From the sequence record ON286975: a stretch of DNA of 64,000 nucleotides; one strand, 5' to 3'. Below, in pieces: positions 29,052 to 36,490 of this stretch (position 1 is its first letter; every line of letters begins with the position of its first letter). Source of the DNA: Escherichia phage I29. The notes below the pieces were generated by a model that did not search any database, was not told the DNA's origin, and saw only the letters and a program-made list of their open reading frames with translations. A program made the position numbers and the translations under genes.

Positions 29052-29165
29052 TTTATAAACAATACTGATAATGACACTGATTTTCGAGCAGTTAGTGACT
29101 AGTATAAACGACGATAAATATCAATGCCATTATCTGTATGATTTATGCATTTAAAACTATAAATT

Positions 29166-29252
29166 TGGTGGGGAGTGGTGGAGTCGAACCACCCGAGTCG
29201 CAATGACAATAGATTTACAGTCTACACCGCTACCCCTACGGGATAACTCCCC
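29166..29252 (-). tRNA. tRNA-Tyr (anticodon GUA), type II
   Basis: Acceptor GGGGAGT/ACTCCCC, anticodon loop CTGTAAA and variable arm TGTCATTGCGACTCG closely resemble bacterial tRNA-Tyr; T-arm GGTGG-TTCGACT-CCACC, CCA. Confidence 0.8.
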
Positions 29253-29256
29253 AATT

Positions 29257-29331
29257 TGGCACCCCGTACTGGACTCGAACCAGTGTCAACGGCTTAGAAG
29301 GCCGCTGCTTTATCCACTAAGCTAACAGGGC
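29257..29331 (-). tRNA. tRNA-Arg (anticodon UCU)
   Basis: D-arm TTAGCTTAGTGGATAAAGC, anticodon stem-loop GCGGC-CTTCTAA-GCCGT, T-arm ACTGG-TTCGAGT-CCAGT, CCA; resembles bacterial tRNA-Arg(UCU). Confidence 0.75.
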
Positions 29332-29389
29332 ACTGGGTGGCTTTCTTTTACACCTTAGCCGCCAGAAAAGGTGGGAGACCATGTTTACA

Positions 29390-29419
29390 ATATTACACTG
29401 TTAAGCAAAGTTTGTCAAG
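29390..29419 (-). promoter_or_regulatory. sigma70-like promoter (TTGACA-18-TAATAT) upstream of tRNA cluster
   Basis: Minus-strand reading cTTGACAaactttgcttaacagtgTAATATtg, about 60 nt upstream of the first tRNA. Confidence 0.5.
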
Positions 29420-29427
29420 AAAATATT

Positions 29428-29766
29428 TTAGCTATTGCTAACAGGTTGTATTTCTGTGGTAAATGGCATAAAAGGTGCTGGTTTTTCAGCCTCTTCTACT
29501 ACCACCTCTTCCTCTTCACCAAACATCTCATCATATTCTTCCTGCATTCGGTCTGCCTTATCAAGAACATACTCTGCAATGCTTTGACGAATATTTTGTT
29601 TGGTTTTCGGGTCCAACATCAGCTCTCTTAAAACTTTGTGAGCTTCTGGAACCATCGCTATAAAAGATTCCTTCATATCAAGGATGTTCTTCTCTAGCTG
29701 AATGGCGTTGGACTCCTCTTTCAGAGGTCTGCCTCTACGGCGACGCTTTTTAGTTGTATCCGCCAT
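29428..29766 (-). CDS. small DNA-binding-like protein with AT-hook-type motif and acidic C-terminus
   Basis: ORF track 29428..29886; ATG at 29766 has a GGAGGAAAC RBS and sits downstream of the promoter at 29795..29823. N-terminus MADTTKKRRRRGRPLKEE contains an RGRP core; C-terminus is Glu-rich. Confidence 0.45.
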   Translation of the reverse strand: MADTTKKRRRRGRPLKEESNAIQLEKNILDMKESFIAMVPEAHKVLRELMLDPKTKQNIRQSIAEYVLDKADRMQEEYDEMFGEEEEVVVEEAEKPAPFMPFTTEIQPVSNS

Positions 29767-29794
29767 GTTTCCTCCATTATCACGTGATAGGTGG

Positions 29795-29823
29795 ATTTTA
29801 TCATAGCAAATACTGATTGTCAA
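29795..29823 (-). promoter_or_regulatory. sigma70-like promoter (TTGACA-17-TAAAAT)
   Basis: Minus-strand reading cTTGACAatcagtatttgctatgaTAAAATcc; same TTGACAAT...TAAAAT pattern as the promoter at 16115..16143. Confidence 0.55.
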
Positions 29824-30110
29824 GTTCGCCGCAGGGTGGTATTCCCTGCGACTTGTCCAGCGTCCTGGACCAGAAAGACCCAACAAGTGGGTTACCAGAG
29901 CCCATTACCGCACTTTGGCTCGACCTTATTACAGGTTGGCTGGGGTCACATCGTCATGTGCTGGCTGCCCCTACCATTTTAAGTGTGGTGCACTATCAAG
30001 CCCTCTAAGGGGAACTCAGCCTTCTCCGAACCCTGTTTCAAAGCATCCGGAGATAAAGCCATCAAATTCATCTTTAAATTGGATATTCATCATGATACAC
30101 GAAAACAACC

Positions 30111-30353
30111 TCATTGTAAAGCACAAATAAATAAAACATACTTAATTTGTTTGTTATCAGGCTCAGGGTAGAAGTAGAAGATCTTGCTATCACCGATCTG
30201 AACACCACCATCCCAACAGCATAGCCCATAACCCGTATTCATACAAGCTAAGTCGTTGGCAAAATCTATTGCATCATCCAGTGCACGAAATTCACCTTCA
30301 TCTTCTAAATAATCCTCATTCATGGAACGAAAAACGAGCTTAACCTTAAACAT
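30111..30353 (-). CDS. hypothetical protein
   Basis: 80-aa acidic ORF. Confidence 0.35.
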   Translation of the reverse strand: MFKVKLVFRSMNEDYLEDEGEFRALDDAIDFANDLACMNTGYGLCCWDGGVQIGDSKIFYFYPEPDNKQIKYVLFICALQ

Positions 30354-30429
30354 AGCATTACCTGTAGACCTCGTAAGTTAAAATTGCATCACATCATATT
30401 GCAGATCTTATCAGGTAACACTATTTTTG

Positions 30430-30639
30430 TCAACAGATTCCGGCCTTATCCTTCCTGTCTGCGTATTCTTTAATCGCAACCTCATCTGCATTAGTGACCA
30501 GGTCTTCAAAGTAACTCTCAAGCTCCTCGTCAATGTCAGGAGACCAGCTCTTTTTCCTGTCAGTGTGAATTGCAGACTTGTTGAACTTATTACAGTTCTT
30601 TGCTACCGGGTTGTTCATTAAGCGCTCCTCAGCGTTCAT
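30430..30639 (-). CDS. hypothetical protein
   Basis: 69-aa ORF overlapping the stop of the upstream gene. Confidence 0.3.
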   Translation of the reverse strand: MNAEERLMNNPVAKNCNKFNKSAIHTDRKKSWSPDIDEELESYFEDLVTNADEVAIKEYADRKDKAGIC

Positions 30640-31207
30640 AGTAAATCTTATTTAACATTACCTCATCCTTTGCAGAAAGGATATCAAGATATGCATCACC
30701 AAATCTTCCTGCAACAACCTCTGCATGATACATCACTTCGTTAACATCGTCAAGAGTGATAACCGGATGACCATATCTTTCTGAATATTGTCTCAGGGTG
30801 CGATGTAACGAGTCGTCATCATATGCAGACTTTTTAATATCACAAACACGACGAATAGCCTTGATGTCGAAAAAACCTGTGCGATACCACCCAAGAAAAA
30901 GGTTTCGTGCAGTGTCAACATCTACATTGATACCATCAAGAACCTTATCTACAAGATAGCTGTCATCCTTTGGACCAGCGTCCTTAGTGCGAATGTAGTT
31001 GCCATCTTTTCCAGGCGACATCTCCTTCTCATCCCCAACCTGCATGCCATCATTTGGCGGTGTTAGCCACTTATCCGGATGCTTACGATCACGAGCGTTA
31101 GAATGATTACGCTGGAAACCGGGCTTCCACTTGAAAGTTTTCTCCATCTGTTCTTCATTCTGATAACGTTTTGCAATCTTTTCACGGTCATCTTTGCGTG
31201 AACCCAT
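30629..31207 (-). CDS. hypothetical protein
   Basis: 192-aa ORF; first gene leftward of the iteron-containing intergenic region. Confidence 0.45.
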   Translation of the reverse strand: MGSRKDDREKIAKRYQNEEQMEKTFKWKPGFQRNHSNARDRKHPDKWLTPPNDGMQVGDEKEMSPGKDGNYIRTKDAGPKDDSYLVDKVLDGINVDVDTARNLFLGWYRTGFFDIKAIRRVCDIKKSAYDDDSLHRTLRQYSERYGHPVITLDDVNEVMYHAEVVAGRFGDAYLDILSAKDEVMLNKIYYER

Positions 31208-31711
31208 AGCTGCCTCCTCTTCAAGTTATAGAAAAACTAACTGTATCGCTTTGTAACGAGCTTTTCTATCAAACTGGTGCGATTGCATTACCTGGTATAG
31301 TTTATATAGCTGTGGAGCGATTTAGGGGCCTTCTTGTCAGTTTCCACACATAAACTTCATCCAAGCTCGCGCGGGAGACTCTCAACCGACTCCTTACGGC
31401 GCTGGCAAGCTTTCGTCGGTGGTCCACATCAGTGCTCGGCCTTTGGCCTGCGCTATCGCTTCGCTCCCACACATGTTAACAGACCTGTATGTATGAACTT
31501 CTGTTATTGTGTGCACCAAAGAGGCCCGGCATCTCGCCCCTCGTAGGCGAGTGCCAATGAAGGGCCGACACTGCCCATAGTAAGTAATAAATTTAAAACA
31601 TGGTACTTAGGATCTAGTATATTCTACATAAGTTAAGTATATGTACTTAGTACCATAAGTACTAGATCTTTTATTTTTTTATTATTTAGTTATTTTAGTT
31701 ATATTCTTTAT

Positions 31712-31820
31712 GTGTCCGTATCACGGACAGCTAGTGTCCGTATTACGGGCAGATGTGTCCGCGTGACGGACAGTAGTGTCCGTATCACGGACAGTTAATA
31801 GTATCCGTTCCATGGCGAAC
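31712..31820. repeat. array of four tandem ~21-bp direct repeats (iteron/operator-like), each with internal inverted repeat, plus one degenerate copy
   Basis: GTGTCCGTATCACGGACAG at 31712-31730 and 31776-31794 (identical), GTGTCCGTATTACGGGCAG at 31734-31752, GTGTCCGCGTGACGGACAG at 31755-31773, degenerate copy about 31800-31820; spacing 22/21/21 bp; each unit contains GTCCG...CGGAC. Confidence 0.8.
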
Positions 31821-31868
31821 ATAAAACATACGAATCCTTATAGTACAGATATTTAAGTTTTTACTGGT

Positions 31869-32219
31869 CTAACCAGTTGTTGACATCCGAATAACTTCTT
31901 CTGGTGGCAAAACTTTGGAAAATGTGCATCTTTTACCTCTCCCTTGTGTGGATGTTTCAACCACTCCTGCACATTCTAAAGTTTTAACGCACGCTGCTGC
32001 TTTTGTTTTCTTTATCCCAACATCTGCTGCAATTTTCCTTGTGCTTGGTGTGAAGCGTGAATTTCCTCCAAGCTTATACCAGTTGTGCAGGTAGCAGTAT
32101 ACGATCTTGTCATACAAGTCAAGAACAACAACCTCCCCAGTTGTGTCATTCAAAACTTTTGACATAGATAGTATTTCAAGGGGGACTTTAAGATATAGCA
32201 GCTTATCCCCATCTTTCAT
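31869..32219 (-). CDS. hypothetical protein, possible helix-turn-helix DNA-binding protein
   Basis: 116-aa ORF; segment STRKIAADVGIKKTKAAACVKTL has helix-turn-helix character (inference); 3' end abuts the iteron array. Confidence 0.35.
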   Translation of the reverse strand: MKDGDKLLYLKVPLEILSMSKVLNDTTGEVVVLDLYDKIVYCYLHNWYKLGGNSRFTPSTRKIAADVGIKKTKAAACVKTLECAGVVETSTQGRGKRCTFSKVLPPEEVIRMSTTG

Positions 32220-32266
32220 ATCTCCTGATTCTCCTTGTGTGGCAATTTTCTTTAAAATAGCAGGGA

Positions 32267-32821
32267 TTACTCCCTGCTGTCAATATCAAAACTCATTGCA
32301 ATACGGTATGCCTCTTCTAATGGTAAGAGTCTCCCCCACACATCCCAACCGACATCAAGCTGCCTGCCAAACAACTGTTGTGTGGTTCCGTGAGCATGAC
32401 CGAACAGTTGGACTGATCCGTGAGGCTTTCTGTTCCACTTTGCAAACTGGTAATGGCTCATACAGATCAAATTCTTGTTGTGGCGAAGCTCGTAATAATC
32501 TACAACCTCATGACCGAACTCTTTCATAATTCTGACAGTCGTCCTTGTGTCATGGTTGCCACGAACAAGAATAATATGTCCGTTCAACATATTTAGAATA
32601 TCTGGAAGTAAGTTGTTGATATTCTTATCATTAGTGCACGCAATATCTCCCAAGTGGAACACAGTGTCTGCAGGTGACACAACAGAGTTCCACTTGGCGA
32701 TGATTCCCGCATTCATACTGTCAAGATTGTGATCATACTGAGATCTGTGTTTTTGACATGAATCAAACTCCATGACCCGCTGGTGGAGAAAGTGTGTGTC
32801 GCTTGTTACAAAGTATTTCAT
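32267..32821 (-). CDS. calcineurin-like metallophosphoesterase (candidate RNA 2',3'-end phosphatase)
   Basis: ORF track 32267..32926; ATG at 32821 (MKYFVTSDTHF...) has a GAGGAA RBS. Motifs SDTHF, GDI, GNHD, GHAHG match binuclear metallophosphoesterases. Confidence 0.7.
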   Translation of the reverse strand: MKYFVTSDTHFLHQRVMEFDSCQKHRSQYDHNLDSMNAGIIAKWNSVVSPADTVFHLGDIACTNDKNINNLLPDILNMLNGHIILVRGNHDTRTTVRIMKEFGHEVVDYYELRHNKNLICMSHYQFAKWNRKPHGSVQLFGHAHGTTQQLFGRQLDVGWDVWGRLLPLEEAYRIAMSFDIDSRE

Positions 32822-32828
32822 ACATTCC

Positions 32829-33239
32829 TCATTTAAGTTTAATGCAGTTTTTAAGCTGGCGTTCCATACGATCCACAACCTTGTCTGGAACATCATGAAT
32901 GCTTTTATTACCGTGGCGGTTTTCAACCACGATCACGGTATAACTATACCCATGACTGATTGCCATGTCAACATATTCCTGCACATGTTTTTCTTTTGTA
33001 AACGTATTACTTACCACGATACGGTCGTATCCCATACGCATCATATCTTCTACGTTATCTTTGCACCATTTTGCTGCGAGTGTTACTTTACTTGCATCCC
33101 AGTTGTAATTGCCGTCATCGTCATACCAGAACATGTCGTTCTCAAAATGTGGATACAGACCCTCTAAAGATAGCGCATTTGCCAGTGTTGATTTGCCAGA
33201 CCCTGGTAGACCACGCACGATATATAGCATTTTAGACAT
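32829..33239 (-). CDS. P-loop kinase, polynucleotide kinase-like
   Basis: ORF track 32829..33296; ATG at 33239 (MSKMLYIVRGLPGSGKST...) has a GGAGGG RBS; Walker A GLPGSGKST at the N-terminus as in polynucleotide 5'-kinase domains; adjacent to phosphoesterase and RNA ligase-like genes. Confidence 0.55.
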   Translation of the reverse strand: MSKMLYIVRGLPGSGKSTLANALSLEGLYPHFENDMFWYDDDGNYNWDASKVTLAAKWCKDNVEDMMRMGYDRIVVSNTFTKEKHVQEYVDMAISHGYSYTVIVVENRHGNKSIHDVPDKVVDRMERQLKNCIKLK

Positions 33240-33339
33240 AGTGACCCTCCGTTTTAATTTCAACGGTAGTATACCTGACTGTTTTGTTAATTTCAAGTGT
33301 TGACACTAGGTTATTTGTGTGGCAGGATAGACTGACAAA

Positions 33340-34275
33340 ATGACAAATGAGGAACGTATGATGAAGTATTTTAATGCAGACGACCTAGTTGACAAAGGTC
33401 TTGTAACCAGTAGGTATTACCCAGATCTCGGGTTAAAGATCTATAAATATGCTAGAAAAGTATTTTACAACAATTTATGGCATTTGTCCCCTCGTTTACT
33501 GGAGTGCCGAGGCATTGTTGTAGGTAATGAAGGAAATGTTGTGGCATGGCCCTTCACAAAAGTGTTTAACTTGGGAGAAAACTCCACCAACCTGCCTGAC
33601 AATAAGCTTGTGACTGCGGTAGAGAAAAAGAACGGATTCCTTGGTGTGGTATCATCTCATAAAGGTGACCTATTGTTCTCAACAACCGGGTCTCTTGATT
33701 CTCCATATTGTAACCTTGCAAAGGAAACCATCCAAGAGCAATGTGGTAATTTAGATCTTATCAAGAAGGTTATGGGCAATGAAAACATGACATTCATGTT
33801 TGAAATTTGTCACCCTTCAGATCCGCATATTGTTCAAGAAGACCATGGCGCATATTTGATAGGTTGCAGATATAATGATTCTGGAATAATGCTACCAGAA
33901 GCAGCTTTAGATGGGATTGCCAAATACCTTGGTGCAAAACGTCCTCACACTGTGCGTGAAATCCCGTTCAGCTATGCAAAAGAATTAGCTGCAGAAACAA
34001 GGGGCGAAGGGTATATGATCCGTAAGCCTTACTACCCTTATGACCTGCAGCTGAAGATCAAGTCTCCATACTATTTGGCACGGAAGGCCGTAATGAGGGG
34101 TAAAGCTTGGAAGATTTGGGATGATGATATCTTTAAACGTATTGACGAAGAGTTTTATGGCATGGTAAACTTCATTCGTAGCAATTACACAGAAGATGTG
34201 TGGAACTGCCTCCTGGAGCAGGAACGCCGTGAGATACTTGATTGCTATTTTCACAACGAGGACTATATGCAATGA
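33340..34275 (+). CDS. RNA ligase-like nucleotidyltransferase
   Basis: 311 aa; covalent nucleotidyltransferase motif I-like VEKKNGFLG (KxNG); distinct from the DNA ligase at 36746; divergent from the kinase/phosphatase pair. Confidence 0.5.
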   Translation: MTNEERMMKYFNADDLVDKGLVTSRYYPDLGLKIYKYARKVFYNNLWHLSPRLLECRGIVVGNEGNVVAWPFTKVFNLGENSTNLPDNKLVTAVEKKNGFLGVVSSHKGDLLFSTTGSLDSPYCNLAKETIQEQCGNLDLIKKVMGNENMTFMFEICHPSDPHIVQEDHGAYLIGCRYNDSGIMLPEAALDGIAKYLGAKRPHTVREIPFSYAKELAAETRGEGYMIRKPYYPYDLQLKIKSPYYLARKAVMRGKAWKIWDDDIFKRIDEEFYGMVNFIRSNYTEDVWNCLLEQERREILDCYFHNEDYMQ

Positions 34276-34622
34276 AGAAGTTGATTGTGTGGCTAGATGA
34301 CTTGAGAGATCCGTCAAATTACGGAATCCAAGATGCTCTTTGGCTGAAGAACTCTTCTGAGTTCATGGATTTTATTAACGATAATAGAAAGCTCTACAGG
34401 CGCGTTTCTGAGTGGCATTTTGACAATGATCTAGGTGAAGTGCTTGAAGGGTACGACTGCTTCTCTGCGCTAGAGGAGAAACTTGTATTCGGAAAGCCAC
34501 CACTTATTGACAACGTGATTATTTTCGTGCATACTTCTAATCCATCGGCAGCTCGTAAATTTATGCTTGCTGCTGACTCATTCAAGAAGTTTGGAATAGA
34601 GATTAAACAAAACATCTACTGA
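34272..34622 (+). CDS. hypothetical protein, receiver (CheY-fold)-like residue pattern
   Basis: ORF track 34242..34622; ATG at 34272 overlaps the RNA ligase stop (ATGA). Pattern LIVWLDD ... HFDNDLG ... IFVHTSNP ... AARKF recalls the acidic/Thr/Lys positions of receiver domains (inference). Confidence 0.4.
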   Translation: MKKLIVWLDDLRDPSNYGIQDALWLKNSSEFMDFINDNRKLYRRVSEWHFDNDLGEVLEGYDCFSALEEKLVFGKPPLIDNVIIFVHTSNPSAARKFMLAADSFKKFGIEIKQNIY

Positions 34623-34630
34623 GGACACTT

Positions 34631-35392
34631 ATGCGACGACTGATTATTATCTCCGGTGCTGGTTTGAGCGCTGAATCTGGTATTCCCACTTTCCGATCTG
34701 GTAGCACTGCAATGTGGGAGAATTTCAGCATCGATGAGGTGTGCAACATCCACACCTTTGCCAAGAACTACTATAAGGTGCATGACTTTTACAATGCACG
34801 TCGTGTAGCTCTGGGCAGTGTTGATCCTAACCTTGCACATCTTCGGATCGCTGAGTGGTATTCCCGCTGGTCTGGTCGTGTGATCAACCTTACTACCAAT
34901 GTAGATGATTTGCTGGAGCGTGCTGGTGTAAAACATGAAGATATTTTACATGTCCACGGGTATTTGCCTGAAATCACCTACGAAGATGCTGAAGGTAATG
35001 ATGTAATTAAAAATATCGGATACACGGAGGTAGATACAGGCAAGTATACCTGGGTTAAGCCCAATGTAGTGTTCTTCGGTGAGGTTGCTCCTAAGTATAC
35101 AGACATGTATGACCTGTTGACATCTCTCACAAGCAATGATATGGTGATCCTGGTAGGTTGTTCTAACACAGTTATTAATTTTAACTGGGAATTGTTTCCT
35201 GCTACTTGTAAAGGCACAAAACTGCTGATTGTAAACAAGTATGATTCGCAGAGTGCAGATGGAAGTGGCATTTCACGTAGCGACCTTTATCAATATGAGG
35301 ATCGCGGGATCCCTGTATGGTTTAACGGTGCTGTTGACGCTTTCTCTGATAAAGCATTTATTGAAACTGTAGAAAACTTTATGGAACTTTAA
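34631..35392 (+). CDS. Sir2-family NAD-dependent deacylase/ADP-ribosyltransferase-like protein (zinc-ribbon-less)
   Basis: 253 aa; N-terminal GAGLSAESGIPTFRSG matches the Sir2 NAD-binding signature, with later HVHG; the canonical tetracysteine zinc module is not evident. Confidence 0.75.
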   Translation: MRRLIIISGAGLSAESGIPTFRSGSTAMWENFSIDEVCNIHTFAKNYYKVHDFYNARRVALGSVDPNLAHLRIAEWYSRWSGRVINLTTNVDDLLERAGVKHEDILHVHGYLPEITYEDAEGNDVIKNIGYTEVDTGKYTWVKPNVVFFGEVAPKYTDMYDLLTSLTSNDMVILVGCSNTVINFNWELFPATCKGTKLLIVNKYDSQSADGSGISRSDLYQYEDRGIPVWFNGAVDAFSDKAFIETVENFMEL

Positions 35393-35405
35393 AAGGAGAC
35401 CTTTA

Positions 35406-36119
35406 ATGCTGAATACTAAACTGATCGACAACCTGGAAAAACTGTCCCAGCCTGAAAACTACCTTTGGTCTGCCAACTGGGTGGAAAACTGGAACCGTGT
35501 GGCAGCTAAAGTGAAAAAATCATACACACCATTCGAATTACAGCTTAGCTTCATTGAGGAAGAGTTCAATGAGGTTTTGGAAGAGCTGGAGAAAGGTGAT
35601 GGTGGAGATCACCTGCTAAAAGAGGCCTGCGATCTTCACGTTGTCACAAGTTATGCAGCTTATCTTGTTAATGATAACCACGAAAAGTGGTCAAACCTGT
35701 TTGATAATCCGCGAGGTCTTAAGTTCAAGATCGGTGAGTTCTATGATACACTGATCGCTGCGAAAAACACATCCAAGCAAAGAGCGTCAGCTTACCGACT
35801 AGCGGAGTTATCAACAGCTTTGCTGTTCCAGCTTAGCGGGGATGTGTGTGGGATGATGCGGAAGGTTCTAAAATCTAATGACAGTAAGTTTGCACGGATC
35901 AACCATCTACGGCATTCACACGGTGCCAGTGCAGATATGCCTGCTGAACAACTCATCGAGTTGGAGATTAAAGATCTTGAGCGTCGTTTTGGTGGTCGCT
36001 ACGAAGGTTTCGTTGCTAAAGAGGAGTTCTACAACGGCAATAAAGTTATTATATTCCTTGACAGTAAAGGTAAGATTATGAAGCCTTCGAGCTTCAAGGA
36101 TGTAACAGAGTATATTTAA
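35406..36119 (+). CDS. hypothetical protein, possible MazG-like NTP pyrophosphohydrolase
   Basis: 237 aa; EEEFNEVLEELEKGD ... LLKEACDLH resembles the EExxE...D metal-binding motif of MazG-like enzymes (weak). Confidence 0.35.
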   Translation: MLNTKLIDNLEKLSQPENYLWSANWVENWNRVAAKVKKSYTPFELQLSFIEEEFNEVLEELEKGDGGDHLLKEACDLHVVTSYAAYLVNDNHEKWSNLFDNPRGLKFKIGEFYDTLIAAKNTSKQRASAYRLAELSTALLFQLSGDVCGMMRKVLKSNDSKFARINHLRHSHGASADMPAEQLIELEIKDLERRFGGRYEGFVAKEEFYNGNKVIIFLDSKGKIMKPSSFKDVTEYI

Positions 36120-36124
36120 CAACA

Positions 36125-36150
36125 TAGCCGGGATTACCCGGCTTTACTTA
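36125..36150 (+). terminator. hairpin terminator after 35406..36119
   Basis: AGCCGGG-ATTA-CCCGGCT 7-bp stem followed by TTTACTTATTAT. Confidence 0.5.
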
Positions 36151-36181
36151 TTATGGAAAGTATGCAGTGAGGTAGTCAGTT

Positions 36182-36490
36182 ATGTACAAGCATTCCAGAG
36201 ATCTTGAAAAAGATGCTGTGTTTGGCGACCAGATGAAGGAGCTGATCAAACTTATTGGTAGAATGGAAGATAAGTTTGACACTAAAATCTACATCGATAG
36301 CAAGGTCTTCAACCACAAAATATGGACAAATGTGTGTGTTGGGCTACATGGTGATAAAGATATTGTAAATTTGGTTGTAATAAAGTTCATAGTGTGGCAG
36401 AATAGGACTATACGTTATTACGACCCACACTTACTTGTTTATCCTATAAAAGACCTACTACAGAAGGAGGACTGCAATGCCGTTATTTAA
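36182..36490 (+). CDS. hypothetical protein
   Basis: 102-aa ORF. Confidence 0.4.
   Translation: MYKHSRDLEKDAVFGDQMKELIKLIGRMEDKFDTKIYIDSKVFNHKIWTNVCVGLHGDKDIVNLVVIKFIVWQNRTIRYYDPHLLVYPIKDLLQKEDCNAVI

Noticed and set aside
29791-30171. Plus-strand ORFs 29791..29982, 29817..30008, 29915..30130, 29983..30171
   Set aside because: Overlapping each other in different frames inside a GC-rich hairpin-dense intergenic region; no RBS; not credible genes.
31334-31546. 70-aa plus-strand ORF across the GC-rich island
   Set aside because: Arg/Ser/Pro-rich translation typical of GC-rich non-coding DNA read in frame; no RBS; treated as a possible ncRNA region instead.
31712-31794. Tandem 21-bp repeats considered as a CRISPR array
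   Set aside because: Repeat units are directly adjacent with no unique spacers and are only about 19-21 bp, so this is an iteron/operator array, not CRISPR.
32107-32529. 140-aa plus-strand ORF overlapping the HTH-like and phosphoesterase genes
   Set aside because: Antisense to two minus-strand genes with good RBS and motifs; no independent support.
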